DNA from: Polyangiaceae bacterium | GTDB lineage: Bacteria; Myxococcota_A; Polyangia; Polyangiales; Polyangiaceae | Length of the DNA: 64,000 nucleotides | Assembly: GCA_044222475.1 (NCBI GenBank) | Contig: JBGANF010000026.1 | Coordinates: 1 to 64,000 of the forward strand | Reading direction: 5' to 3' | Part shown: piece after piece, positions 1-9,716 of the stretch | Position numbering within the stretch: position 1 is the first letter of the stretch | Layout of the letters: the number at the start of each line of letters is the position of its first letter | Program-made: the position numbers and the translations under genes | Notes under the pieces: model-generated | The model's input: the letters and a program-made list of their open reading frames with translations, nothing else | Databases searched by the model: none | Told to the model about the DNA's origin: nothing

Positions 1-161
1 GTAGCTTCGTCATTCGTAAGAGGTTGTAGTCGGCGGAAGCGAATTACGCGCAGAGCTGCTTTGATCCTCCCGCTCCCGCTCCCGCTCCCACTCCCGAGCG
101 ACGACCTGCCAAATCGGCAGGAGGGCACGCAACCTGCGACTACGCTTTTTCCGCAGCCTGC
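1..161. mobile_element. Partial foldback MITE/REP-like element, family B (right arm 67-161; left arm outside the window)
   Basis: The arm TCCCGCTCCCGCTCCC...GAGCGACGAC...GGCAGGAGGGCA...TTTTTCCGCAGCCTGC closely matches both arms of the element at 55569-55803. Its terminal repeat encodes the last bioB codons and the stop. Confidence 0.65.
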
Positions 162-1114
162 AAGTGCGACGCCGGCGCCTGCGCGGTGAGCCCCGCCACT
201 GCCAGGAGCGAGCGATCTTCGTCTTCACCCGGGTTCGGGGTCGTCAGGAGCGTGTCCCCGTAGAAGATCGAGTTCGCGCCGGCGAACATGCAGAGCAGCT
301 GCGCCTCGCGGGTGAGTGACGTGCGACCGGCCGAGAGCCGCACGCGCGTCTTCGGCATCAGGATGCGCGCGACGGCGATCATGCGCACGAGATCGAGCGG
401 GTCGACCGGGGGCATGTCCGCCAACGGCGTGCCGGCGACCGGCACGAGCGCGTTGATCGGGACGCTCTCCGGCTGGGGGTCGAGGTTGGCGAGGGTGCGA
501 AGCATCTCGCAGCGATCGTCGATGCTCTCGCCCATGCCGATGATGCCGCCCGAGCAGATCGTGATGCCGGCCTTGCGCACGTTCTTCAGCGTGTTCAGGC
601 GGTCGTCGAAGGTGCGGGTCTTGATGATCGAGCGGTAGTTCTCGCGGCTGGTGTCGAGGTTGTGGTTGTACGCGTCGAGGCCGGCTTCCTTGAGCTTCGT
701 CGCCTGCGACTCGGTCAGCATGCCGAGCGTGACGCACGCCTCGAGGCCTTCTGCCTTCACGCCGCGCACCATCTCGAGGACGCGGTCGAACGCGGGGCCG
801 TCCTTCACCTCGCGCCAGGCGGCGCCCATGCAGAAGCGGGTGGAGCCGAGCTCCTTGGCCTTCCGCGCGCTGGCGAGGACGGCCTTCACGTCGACCATCT
901 TCTCGGGCTCGACGTCGGTCTCGTAGTGGCTCGACTGGGGGCAGTAGGCGCAGTCCTCGGAGCAGCCGCCGGTCTTCACCGAGAGCAGGGTGCAGAGCTG
1001 CACCTCGTCGTCGGCGTGGTGCTGCTTGTGGACCGCGCGCGCCTCGTCGATGAGGGAGAACAGGGGGCGATCGTAGAGGGCGCGGACGCGTTCACGCGGG
1101 ATTTCCAGGGACAT
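140..1114 (-). CDS. bioB: Biotin synthase (radical SAM)
   Basis: CSEDCAYC radical-SAM motif, YNHNLDT, ESVPIN, RLSAGR and GANSIFYG motifs. Confidence 0.97.
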   Translation of the reverse strand: MSLEIPRERVRALYDRPLFSLIDEARAVHKQHHADDEVQLCTLLSVKTGGCSEDCAYCPQSSHYETDVEPEKMVDVKAVLASARKAKELGSTRFCMGAAWREVKDGPAFDRVLEMVRGVKAEGLEACVTLGMLTESQATKLKEAGLDAYNHNLDTSRENYRSIIKTRTFDDRLNTLKNVRKAGITICSGGIIGMGESIDDRCEMLRTLANLDPQPESVPINALVPVAGTPLADMPPVDPLDLVRMIAVARILMPKTRVRLSAGRTSLTREAQLLCMFAGANSIFYGDTLLTTPNPGEDEDRSLLAVAGLTAQAPASHLQAAEKA

Positions 1115-1199
1115 CGGGGCGGGAACCTACAACAATTCGCGGCGTTGGGCTACTCGACCGAGCCGTTCGACTTGATGGACGTCACGAAGCTGGCGCGTC

Positions 1200-1910
1200 T
1201 CACGGGTCGCGCGGGTCGTCCCCTCGCCGGAGCACGTTCGCCGACGGACGAAACTCGACCGTGCTCTCCGGGAGCGATACGAAGTCGCCGACCCGGTAGC
1301 CGAAGTCGGCGAGGCAGCGCTCTTCGAAGCCGCTGAGGCGCGGGTTGGCGAAGTAGAACGCCTGATCGCGCGAGGTGACCACGAGCGCCTTCTCGAGGCC
1401 GTACCGGAGCATGAAGCGGCCGGCGTTGCGGAGGTTCGTGTGCGAGTGGCGCGCGCACGGCTCGACGAGGACGAGCGATTCGGCGACGCCGTGCTCGAGG
1501 AGGTAGCGCTTCATCAGCATCGCCTCCACGTACGGCGTGCCATCCGGATGGACGTTCGCGCCGCTCACCAAGATGATCGGCGCGCCGCCGCCGCGGAGGT
1601 GGGCCACGGCTGCGTCGAGCCGCGCGGCCGCCGTCGGGTGAACGACCGGTGTCGCCTCGGTGGCGTCGAGCGGGGTGTAGCCCGGGACGACGATGAGGTC
1701 GTACAGCGCATGGCTCGCACGCGGATCTCGGGCGGCGAGCGCGGCGAGCGCCGGTCCGTTCTCCTTCGCGAGGTCGACGCCGTTGCCACCGCAGAGCGAC
1801 CACTCCCCGAGCTCCGGACGAGGCATCGACGGCGGCTGGCGGAGCGCGTGCGACCGCGAGCCGCCGCAGCCCCCCAGCACCACCAGGCACAGACCGAGGG
1901 GGCGCCACAT
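1200..1910 (-). CDS. YdcF/DUF218-family lipoprotein (alternative start 1943)
   Basis: Signal peptide ending LGGC; IVVPG, ILVSGA, EAMLMKRYL and EPCARHSHTNLRNA are DUF218-type motifs. The upstream part of the listed 414-aa ORF overlaps the next gene. Confidence 0.8.
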   Translation of the reverse strand: MWRPLGLCLVVLGGCGGSRSHALRQPPSMPRPELGEWSLCGGNGVDLAKENGPALAALAARDPRASHALYDLIVVPGYTPLDATEATPVVHPTAAARLDAAVAHLRGGGAPIILVSGANVHPDGTPYVEAMLMKRYLLEHGVAESLVLVEPCARHSHTNLRNAGRFMLRYGLEKALVVTSRDQAFYFANPRLSGFEERCLADFGYRVGDFVSLPESTVEFRPSANVLRRGDDPRDP

Positions 1911-1977
1911 CGCGAGCGAGTGTACCTCGGAGAACGTGTTCATGAGCGCACCAACGGAAGCGAGGCTCGGAGTGCCG

Positions 1978-3504
1978 CTACTCTCCCTTCTTCTCCGACA
2001 GCGCCCTCGCCAGGGTGTTTCTCCCGATGCCGAGGCGCCGCGCCGCCTCGGCCTTGTTGCCGTCGCACGCGGCCACCGTCGCCGCGACGTACCGACGCTC
2101 GGCTTCCTCGAGCGACAGCCCCACCGGCAGCGCGAACCCTCCCGCCGAACCGTCGTCCACGATGGGCGACTCGCTCGGGAAGTTCTCCGCCCGCACCAGC
2201 CCGTCGGGCGCGAGGACGATCGCGCTCTCGATCCAGTGCTCCAGCTCCCGGACGTTGCCCGGCCACGAGTGGCGCCGCAGCCGCTCGAGCGCACCCTCGT
2301 GGAACGTCGGCTCGGGCCGATGGTAGCGCTTCGCGTACATGCTCGCGAAGTGGCGGGCGAGCTCCTCGACGTCGCCCTCCCCGCGCGCGCGAAGGCTCGG
2401 TACGCCGATCTCGACGACGCGCACACGATAGAAGAGATCTTCACGGAATTTCCCCTCGCGAACGAGCTTCGCGAGATCCCGGTGGGTCGCAGCGACGACC
2501 CGCACGTCGGCCTCTTCGGTGACGCGCCCGCCGACGCGCTCGAACACGCGATCTTGGAGGAATCGCAGCAGCTTGCCTTGCGCCTCGATCGGCAGCTCGG
2601 CGATCTCGTCGAGGAACAGCGTCCCGCCGCGCGCGACCTCGACGCGGCCCACGATGCGGCGATCGGCGCCGGTGAAGGCCCCGCGCTCGTGGCCGAAGAG
2701 CTCGCTCTCGACGAGCTCGCGCGGGAGCGTGGTGCAGTCGACGGTGACGAACGGCCCCGCGCCGCGCGCGGAGTTCACGTGGATCGCGCGGGCGAATCGT
2801 CCCTTTCCGGTACCGGTCTCGCCGCGGAGCAGCACGGTGGCGTCGGTGCCGGCCGCGAGCAGCACGCGCTCGTTCACCTCGCGCAGCGCGTCGCTCTTGC
2901 CCACGAGGCCGTTGAAGCGACCGCGGAGGGTGACGCCGGGCTCCTTCTCGTCGGCCGCGCGCAGCGTCGTGAGCGCGAGCGCTCGCGCGAGCTGGGTCGC
3001 GAGCGCGACGAGGTAGCGCTCGTCCTCATCGTCGAACGCGCCGCCGTCGCCCACGCGGTTGAGCACCTGGACGACGCCGCGAATCGGCGCTTTCGCGTTC
3101 TCGCGCATCGGGACGACGAGCATGGACCGCGTCACGAACCCCGTGATGCGATCGGCTCGGGAGTCGAAGCGCGGGTCCTTCGAAACGTCGTCGGTGCGCA
3201 CGGTCTCGCCGGTGCGCGCGACGTGGCCGACGATCCCTCGGCCGAGCGACTGGCGCAGCTCCGGGAGCTCGGGCAGCACGGCGACCCGGGTGAACAAGTC
3301 GCCCTTCTCCGCGTCGAAGAGCCAGAGGCTGGCTCGCTCGGCGCGGAGCGATTCGGCAATCCGCTCGCACGCCGCGCGAAGCAGCGCGTCGAGGTCGATC
3401 TCGCGCGAGAGCAGCGACGCGAGATCGACCAAGAGCGACAGACGACTGGACATCGAGCGCTCCAGTCTAATGGAGGGCAGGGCCAGATGGTGCACCGTCG
3501 TCAC
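1978..3504 (-). CDS. GAF-domain sigma54-dependent transcriptional activator (bEBP, Fis-type HTH)
   Basis: N-terminal GAF, Walker [37 protein letters not shown]-terminal [19 protein letters not shown]. Confidence 0.95.
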   Translation of the reverse strand: MTTVHHLALPSIRLERSMSSRLSLLVDLASLLSREIDLDALLRAACERIAESLRAERASLWLFDAEKGDLFTRVAVLPELPELRQSLGRGIVGHVARTGETVRTDDVSKDPRFDSRADRITGFVTRSMLVVPMRENAKAPIRGVVQVLNRVGDGGAFDDEDERYLVALATQLARALALTTLRAADEKEPGVTLRGRFNGLVGKSDALREVNERVLLAAGTDATVLLRGETGTGKGRFARAIHVNSARGAGPFVTVDCTTLPRELVESELFGHERGAFTGADRRIVGRVEVARGGTLFLDEIAELPIEAQGKLLRFLQDRVFERVGGRVTEEADVRVVAATHRDLAKLVREGKFREDLFYRVRVVEIGVPSLRARGEGDVEELARHFASMYAKRYHRPEPTFHEGALERLRRHSWPGNVRELEHWIESAIVLAPDGLVRAENFPSESPIVDDGSAGGFALPVGLSLEEAERRYVAATVAACDGNKAEAARRLGIGRNTLARALSEKKGE

Positions 3505-4364
3505 GCGGCCGCGCGACCGCCCTCTTCGCCTTCACCCTCGCCGATCCCGATGGTCATGCCTTCGCGAGCGGCCACGGTGTCCGCGAACATCTCGCGGCCG
3601 AGCGACTCGATGCGGGCGACCCCCTCGTCGGTTCGCTGCGGATCGTGGTGGAAGAGCACGAGCTTCCGCACCCCCGCCGCTCGCGCCACCTCGACGCCGG
3701 CCACGTAGGTCGAGTGACCCCATCCCACTTTGGAGCGGCCCCCGTCGCCGCGGTACTCCTCCGGCGTGTACTGCGCGTCGTAGATGAGCAGGTCCGCGCC
3801 CTCGGCGAGCGACTTCAGCACGGGGTCGACGCAGGCGTAGTGCTCCGTGTCGGTCGCGTAGACGATGGACCGCCCCGCGTGCTCGATGCGGTACGCGAAC
3901 ACGCCACCGGGGTGATTCAACCGCGCGACCTTCACGCGCACGTCGCCGATCTCGAGCGCCTGGTTCGGCCGCGCCTCGCGATAGCCGAGCTCGGCCGAGA
4001 GATCGTCGAGCTGCACCGGGAAGTGCGGCTCCGTCATTTGGCGCGAGAGCTTGTCGCGCAGGGAGTGACGGCCGTCGCTCGATCCGACGATGGTGAGCTT
4101 CGTCGACGGAAGGTACGCGGGGACGAAGAACGGAAGACCCTGGATGTGGTCCCAGTGAAAGTGCGAGAGGAGGAGCGCTGCGTCGATCGGCTGCTTCTCC
4201 GCGAGGAGCGAGTCACCGAGCGCGCGCAGCCCGGTTCCGGCGTCGAGGATCAACCGCTGCCCGCCGCAGCGGACCTCGACGCAGCTCGTGTTGCCGCCGA
4301 CCTGCGCCGTCGACGCGCCGGGAGAAGCGATGCTGCCGCGAACACCCCAGAATCGAACGAACAT
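3501..4364 (-). CDS. MBL-fold metallo-hydrolase (RNase Z/phosphodiesterase-like)
   Basis: [28 protein letters not shown] and LFHHDP motifs; overlaps the activator start by 4 nt. Confidence 0.9.
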   Translation of the reverse strand: MFVRFWGVRGSIASPGASTAQVGGNTSCVEVRCGGQRLILDAGTGLRALGDSLLAEKQPIDAALLLSHFHWDHIQGLPFFVPAYLPSTKLTIVGSSDGRHSLRDKLSRQMTEPHFPVQLDDLSAELGYREARPNQALEIGDVRVKVARLNHPGGVFAYRIEHAGRSIVYATDTEHYACVDPVLKSLAEGADLLIYDAQYTPEEYRGDGGRSKVGWGHSTYVAGVEVARAAGVRKLVLFHHDPQRTDEGVARIESLGREMFADTVAAREGMTIGIGEGEGEEGGRAAA

Positions 4365-4394
4365 GTGGGTACCCTGCCTTTCGAAGGCGGGTCA

Positions 4395-4411
4395 TTGCGA
4401 GGAACGTGCCG
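4395..4411 (-). promoter_or_regulatory. Sigma54 -24/-12 promoter of the MBL-activator operon
   Basis: Minus strand CGGCACGTTCCTCGCAA is GG-N10-GC with a GGCACG core, about 30 nt before the ATG. Confidence 0.75.
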
Positions 4412-4457
4412 CGCGAAATGCCGCAAAATTCAGCGAGATCGCGCGACACCGCGCGTT

Positions 4458-4491
4458 CCAATTCGGAGCACCTGCCCCAAGCCGGAGCACC
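4458..4491. promoter_or_regulatory. Tandem direct repeat, candidate activator-binding site
   Basis: CCAATTCGGAGCACC (4458) and CCAAGCCGGAGCACC (4477), 19-nt period, 50-80 nt upstream of the sigma54 site. Confidence 0.5.
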
Positions 4492-4492
4492 C

Positions 4493-5812
4493 TCAGTGAC
4501 AGCCTTGAACGAGCGGGCCGGTCGTGTACGGCGCCGTGCCCCCGGGGCCGGTGCACGTGCCGCAGGTGTAGAGCGTGCCGGTCGTGCCGCACGCCACGGT
4601 GGTGTGGAACGCTGCCTGGTAACGGCCCGAGCAGACTTTGTTGAAGTTGAGGCACCCGTGGTAGCTCTGCACGGACTTCGCGAGGCACGTGGTGCTCTTC
4701 GTGCACTGGAGTGTGTTGCAGAACCCGCAGCTTCCGCCGACGTACTCCGCGGTCTGCTTCGTCGTCTGGTTGTCGCAGTTGTAGTCGAACGAGCTGTTCG
4801 GACCGTACGGCGCAGTGAAATACGACGCCTGCCCGGGGTGAACGTTCGCGAGCGCATCGAAGCAATCGGTATTGTTCTCGACGAAGCCCGCCTGGGGCGG
4901 CGACGGCGTACCTCCGTCGGGCGCGGTAGCGCACCCAGCGGCCGCGCGCGAGTTGCCGAGCGTGCCGGTGCTGTCGCCGTATCCGTCGTTGTCGTTGTCC
5001 TTGTACCAGAGCTTGCACGAACCGGTGGAGCACGCCGGGCAGATGCACTGGCCGACTTTGCCCGACGTCGTACAGCTCCCGCCGACGCCTTGGCACTCGT
5101 CGTTGCAGCAGACGCCGCTCACGCAGTGACCGCTCTGGCACTGCGGGACCGACGAGCACACGCTCCCGTTGGCGAGCTTCGGTTGGCACTTTCCGGCGAC
5201 GCAATAGTGCGTCGGCAAACAATCCGCCTCGCCGGTGCACGAGGTCAGACAGCCGTTCGCGGATCCGGCGTCGCCGGTGCCGTCGGGACACGAGTAGGCC
5301 GTGCACGCCTCCAAGGCGAGGCTGCAGTGCCCAGTGCCGTCGCACGCAGCGCGACCTTGCTGGCTCGGGTTGTTGCAGAACACGGTTCCGCACGTCACCG
5401 TGTTGTCCGCGAGGGCGCAGGCCCGCTTTCCGTTGCACTTGCCGCCGCACTTCGTGTCGTCGAGGGTGAGCCCCGCGTCGGGGAGGTTCAGGTCGGCGTC
5501 GGCTGCGCCGCCGTCGCCACCTCCGCCCGCGTCGCCGCCGCCCGCGCACTCGTTCGCCGGGTCCTGACCGTCCGGGACCGGCACGCACGATCCGGCGGAG
5601 CCGGAGACGTTGCATGCCTCACACGTTCCGTCGCAGGCGCTGTCGCAGCAGACGCCATCGGAGCAGAAGCCGGACGTGCATTCGCTGCCCTTCGTGCAGC
5701 TCTTCACGGTCCCGGCGTCGACCGGGACCACGGGCGTATCGCCCACGCAACCGGCTTGAGCGATCCATCCCGCCCCGACGAGGGCCCCCACGGCGATGAA
5801 GTACTTCTTCAT
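4493..5812 (-). CDS. Cys-rich lipoprotein with myxobacterial-type disulfide repeats and a putative metal-binding motif
   Basis: Lipobox AQAGC; two C-x-SG-x-C-x2-GVCC units; WYKDNDNDGYG...DCFDALANVHPG motif. Confidence 0.8.
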   Translation of the reverse strand: MKKYFIAVGALVGAGWIAQAGCVGDTPVVPVDAGTVKSCTKGSECTSGFCSDGVCCDSACDGTCEACNVSGSAGSCVPVPDGQDPANECAGGGDAGGGGDGGAADADLNLPDAGLTLDDTKCGGKCNGKRACALADNTVTCGTVFCNNPSQQGRAACDGTGHCSLALEACTAYSCPDGTGDAGSANGCLTSCTGEADCLPTHYCVAGKCQPKLANGSVCSSVPQCQSGHCVSGVCCNDECQGVGGSCTTSGKVGQCICPACSTGSCKLWYKDNDNDGYGDSTGTLGNSRAAAGCATAPDGGTPSPPQAGFVENNTDCFDALANVHPGQASYFTAPYGPNSSFDYNCDNQTTKQTAEYVGGSCGFCNTLQCTKSTTCLAKSVQSYHGCLNFNKVCSGRYQAAFHTTVACGTTGTLYTCGTCTGPGGTAPYTTGPLVQGCH

Positions 5813-5900
5813 TTGTCGAGAATACACGCGGGGCGGCCTGCCCCGCAATGCAAGGCGACGGGGCTTGAGTACCTCCTACGAGATCCGCGATGATCGACGG

Positions 5901-6494
5901 ATGGTGCGTGTCCGTTTCTGCGCGGTCGCGTGCTGCGTCGTTGCTGCGTGCGGCCGTTCGAACGCGGCTTCGCCGCCGAGCTCGATCGAGGCATGGCAGG
6001 CATGGTGCGCCGCACACCACGTCGATCCGAGCGAGGCTCGCCGGTTGAACGATCTCGGCTGCCACCCCGAGCGCCTCGGCTCGCCGCCGCGCGACGCGCT
6101 GGTCTGCCGCACCCCCGACGCGGACGCGGTGCCGATGCAAGTCGGGTCGCCGTGGGCCGTTCGCTCGCGCGAGGTGTTCGTGATCGAGCAGCGCGTCCTC
6201 GTGAGCGCGCTCCGCGTCGCCACCGACGTCGACACCTACGACACGCCGGAGGGCGTCCCGACGAGCGTCGCGAGCGCGCCCGCGTTCGCCCTCGACGTCG
6301 AGGTCGACGGGGCGTCCCTCGTCGTTCGCGAGGCGTCGACCGGCGACTGCGATCGCGAATCCAAGCCGCCGGTGTGCTCGACCGGCGAGCCATGTCGTGG
6401 CCCCGACTACGCCGGCGCGGTGACGACGGTGTGCGCATCGCGCGGGAGGTACGAGCTGCAGGGCACGCACCTCGTCCGTACGTCGCCGCGTTGA
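5901..6494 (+). CDS. Hypothetical lipoprotein
   Basis: MVRVRFCAVACCVVAAC signal/lipobox; GC3-rich codons; fills the gap between neighbours. Confidence 0.65.
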   Translation: MVRVRFCAVACCVVAACGRSNAASPPSSIEAWQAWCAAHHVDPSEARRLNDLGCHPERLGSPPRDALVCRTPDADAVPMQVGSPWAVRSREVFVIEQRVLVSALRVATDVDTYDTPEGVPTSVASAPAFALDVEVDGASLVVREASTGDCDRESKPPVCSTGEPCRGPDYAGAVTTVCASRGRYELQGTHLVRTSPR

Positions 6495-6501
6495 GAACCG
6501 G

Positions 6502-7242
6502 TCACGCCTTCGCGGGCTCGTTGATGATCACGGGCATCCGGCCCTTCCACTCGTTCCACACCTCGGGCTTGGTCACGAGGTCCGCCATGAAATGGGCGAC
6601 GTTGGCCATCCGGGTGGCATCGGGCCGGAAGATCGTGCTCACCAGGCCCTCGTGGATCGAGTACGCCGACGCGTCCCCTTCTTCGAGGGCGTCCGGGCGT
6701 ACCACCGTCCACTCCACGAACGCGTTCTTCGTCCCGATCGCTTCGTAGAGGAACGTCGCCGCGGTCTGGTTGTCCTTCGCCGGAGGGATCGCGCCACGGA
6801 CCACCGCGAGCGACGCCTTCTCGAACGCGCCGCGATGCGTGTCGATGCCGCCGGGGTGGTTCACCGACACGCTCCCCATGAGGACGACCTTCACCGGCGA
6901 AGCGGGACGGAGCGACTCGATCGCGCGGCAGATCCGCGTGATCGCCTGCGTGACGAGGTCGCGTGGTTCACCCCAGATCCCCTTCGCGCTGATCACGTGC
7001 CCGAGGCACGACACCACGGCGTCGCAGCCTCTCGCGTAGCCCTGCAAGCGGTCCTCGCCGACGGAGAGGAGGTCCGCTTCGATGAGCTCCAGCTTCGGAT
7101 CGTCCGTGATGTCGGGCGGAACCTTTCCCAGCGAGCGCACGACCGCGCGGACCTCGACGCCGCGTCGGAGGAGCTCGCGCATCACGCGACCACCGGTACG
7201 ACCGGTGCCGCCGACGAGAAAGACGATCTGCTGCTTGGACAT
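6502..7242 (-). CDS. NAD(P)-binding atypical SDR (flavin reductase/BVR-B-like)
   Basis: GGTGRTG Rossmann motif, DAVVSCLG, EWTVVRP. Confidence 0.85.
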   Translation of the reverse strand: MSKQQIVFLVGGTGRTGGRVMRELLRRGVEVRAVVRSLGKVPPDITDDPKLELIEADLLSVGEDRLQGYARGCDAVVSCLGHVISAKGIWGEPRDLVTQAITRICRAIESLRPASPVKVVLMGSVSVNHPGGIDTHRGAFEKASLAVVRGAIPPAKDNQTAATFLYEAIGTKNAFVEWTVVRPDALEEGDASAYSIHEGLVSTIFRPDATRMANVAHFMADLVTKPEVWNEWKGRMPVIINEPAKA

Positions 7243-7340
7243 GGGAGGACGCGTGTGCACGGATCGTGCTCACCGCGTTTTCCCCTTCGACGACGTGAGA
7301 TCGACGCAAGCCTTGCGCGGTGGTCACGTCGCGACTTGCG

Positions 7341-7659
7341 CTAGGGCGTGTCTTCATAGTCCGCTTTCGTACTCGTACTCGTCCTCGTCCTCGTCCTCGT
7401 CCTCGTGCGCGTGCGCGTGCGCGATCAGCGACAAATCATGCTCAACACGGTGACGATCGGGTCTCTGCGCGTCGACGGGGTCGACGTATTCGGCGATTCC
7501 ACGCACGTCGAGCCGGATGGAAAAGAGATTCGCGAGCGCGGTCTCGACCAGGAAAAGCAGTCGCGACCGCGCACGCGCACGCGCACCAGGACGAGCACGA
7601 GGACGAGCACGAGGACGAGGACGAGGACGAGGGTCGACGATTATGAAGACACGCCCTAG
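7341..7659. mobile_element. Foldback MITE-like element, family A (319 bp)
   Basis: Perfect 18-bp terminal inverted repeat CTAGGGCGTGTCTTCATA (7341-7358 / 7642-7659); mirrored internal (CTCGTC)n(GCGCGT)n tracts; no convincing ORF. Confidence 0.75.
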
Positions 7660-8078
7660 TCGCGCGTGCCCGCGTCCCGCAGCCCGAACTTGAACGGGTA
7701 CTGCGAGACGTGCGTCGGTCCGTCCGACGACGGAAACGTCCAGCTCGCGACTTCGCGGGTGAGGCAGGCGTCCATCGTCGCGATCCCCGTCGGGTGGACC
7801 GCCGTCACCGAGCTCACACTTCCGTCGACGGCGATCCTCCACGCGACCACGAAGAGCAGATACGCGGTCGTCGCCTCCACGTCGTAACAGCGACGGAGCT
7901 GGGCCGTGTGGGCCATGACGACGCCGCGAATCTGGTCGGGGCTCAAACCTCGGGGTGGCACGCTGGCGTCGCGGACTGGCGCTGCAACGTAGGTCGCAAC
8001 GGGCTCGGCGACGGTCTCGTCCTCCGCCTGCCCTGCACACGCGACGAGGACCACCGCCGCAAGCGCGGCACGTCTCAT
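7656..8078 (-). CDS. Small lipoprotein with an AgmX/PglI (TonB-C-like) C-terminal domain
   Basis: MRRAALAAVVLVAC lipobox; GLSPDQIRGVV..QLRRCY..W.I..DGSV..CL...WTFP..YPFKF pattern; ATGA overlap with the FGGY gene. Confidence 0.8.
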   Translation of the reverse strand: MRRAALAAVVLVACAGQAEDETVAEPVATYVAAPVRDASVPPRGLSPDQIRGVVMAHTAQLRRCYDVEATTAYLLFVVAWRIAVDGSVSSVTAVHPTGIATMDACLTREVASWTFPSSDGPTHVSQYPFKFGLRDAGTRD

Positions 8079-9709
8079 CGTCTCACCTCGATCAGAGCCC
8101 GGTACGCCAGCTGATCCTCGTGCATGCGGTGGTAGATGCGGTGTTTCTGCTCGTGGTACGCGCGCACGGCCGCGTCGCCCGGGGCGATCGTTCGCTCCGC
8201 CGCGTTCATCGAAGACATCGCGACCTCGAGCGTCGGCACGTCGCCGCTCGCGACCGCTCCGAGCATCGCAGCGCCGAGGAGCACCGCTTCCTTCTCGCGC
8301 GGCAGCACGATGCGCGCGCCGGTGGCGTCGGCGTGCTCGCGCAGGAACACCGGGTTCTTCGTGTCGCCCCCGCACGCGATCATCGTGTCGATGCGGTAGC
8401 CGGCCGCGTTCATCGCGTCGACCACGTGACGCGTGCCGTGCGCCACCGCCTGGATCGTGGCCAGGTAGAGCAGCGCGAGCGCGTCGACCGACGCGTCCAA
8501 CGTGAGGCCCGAGATCATCCCGCGCAGCGTCGGATCGGCGCGCGGGCTTCGGTTGCCGTGAAAGTCGGGCTGCACGTGCAGCTCTCGGGTGAGGGCGGCC
8601 GGAAACGCGACGGTCGACGCGAGCGCGTCGAGGCGCGCGTTGAGCAGCGCATAGACGCTCGTCCCGCTCGCCTTCGCCTCGGCGTGGAGCTCGGCGCCTC
8701 GCGCGTGCGAGTCGATGACGTGATCGATCAGCGCGCCGGTCGCCGATTGACCGCCCTCGGTGAGCCACATGCCCGGCACCATCGCGGAGAAATACGGACC
8801 CCAGATGCCGTCGATGAACTTGGGCTCGGCGCTCACCGCCATGTGACACGTCGACGTGCCGCCGATCAGCGCGAGGCGCGTCTCGAGGAGCGACGGCGAG
8901 AGCGACTCGGCGCCGGCGCCGAGAAGCCCGAGCCCGCCCGCGTGCGCATCGATGATCGCGACCGCGCACGCGATGCCGGGCGCGAGGCCGAGCTCCTTCG
9001 CCGCGCGCTCGCTCAGCGCGCCGGCGCGCTCCCCCATGGGTCGCACCATCGCGCCGATCTTCGCGTGATCGCCGCCGAGATCGGCGAGGCCCACGCCAGC
9101 GAAGAACGAGTCGTCCCAGCGCGACTCGTGACCGACGTACGTCCACTTGCAGACCGTCGTGCAGAGCGAGCGCACGTCCGCCCCGCTCGCGCGCCACAGG
9201 AGCCAGTCGGGCAAATCGAAGAAGCGCGTTGCGCGTGCCCAGCTCGCGGGGAGCTTCTCCTTCAGCCAGAGGAGCTTCGGCGGCTCCATCTCCGGCGACA
9301 TCGTGCCGCCGACGTAGCGGAGCACGGCGTGCTTCGTGGCGTTGATCCGGTTCGTCTGATCGATCGCGCGGTGGTCCATCCACACGATCACGTCCTGGTC
9401 GGGCGCGCCGTCCGGGCTCACGGTCACCGGCGCGCCGGATTCATCCATGGCGACCAGCGAGCACGTGGCGTCGAAGCCGATGCCGGCGACGTCGGCGCCG
9501 GTCGCCCCCGCCTCCTTCATCGCCGCGCGGGTCGCATCGCACACGCTCTGCCAGATCGCGGCCGACGACTGCTGCACGAAGTCCGGCGCCGGCCGCCAGA
9601 TCGGGAACGTCGCGCTGCCGATGCCGCGCCTCGTGCCCTTGCGATCGAAGATCGCGGCGCGCGCGCTCGCCGTGCCGACGTCGATGCCGAGGTAGAGGCG
9701 TTCGGTCAT
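8075..9709 (-). CDS. FGGY-family pentulose (D-ribulokinase-like) carbohydrate kinase
   Basis: GIDVGTASARA, GFDATCSLV, WMDHRA, DAHAG, GTSTCHM, PDFHGNRSPRAD. Confidence 0.92.
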   Translation of the reverse strand: MTERLYLGIDVGTASARAAIFDRKGTRRGIGSATFPIWRPAPDFVQQSSAAIWQSVCDATRAAMKEAGATGADVAGIGFDATCSLVAMDESGAPVTVSPDGAPDQDVIVWMDHRAIDQTNRINATKHAVLRYVGGTMSPEMEPPKLLWLKEKLPASWARATRFFDLPDWLLWRASGADVRSLCTTVCKWTYVGHESRWDDSFFAGVGLADLGGDHAKIGAMVRPMGERAGALSERAAKELGLAPGIACAVAIIDAHAGGLGLLGAGAESLSPSLLETRLALIGGTSTCHMAVSAEPKFIDGIWGPYFSAMVPGMWLTEGGQSATGALIDHVIDSHARGAELHAEAKASGTSVYALLNARLDALASTVAFPAALTRELHVQPDFHGNRSPRADPTLRGMISGLTLDASVDALALLYLATIQAVAHGTRHVVDAMNAAGYRIDTMIACGGDTKNPVFLREHADATGARIVLPREKEAVLLGAAMLGAVASGDVPTLEVAMSSMNAAERTIAPGDAAVRAYHEQKHRIYHRMHEDQLAYRALIEVRR

Positions 9710-9716
9710 CCCCGCC

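Noticed and set aside
1115..1199. BirA operator upstream of bioB
   Set aside because: No TGTAAAC-N-GTTTACA-type inverted repeat is present.
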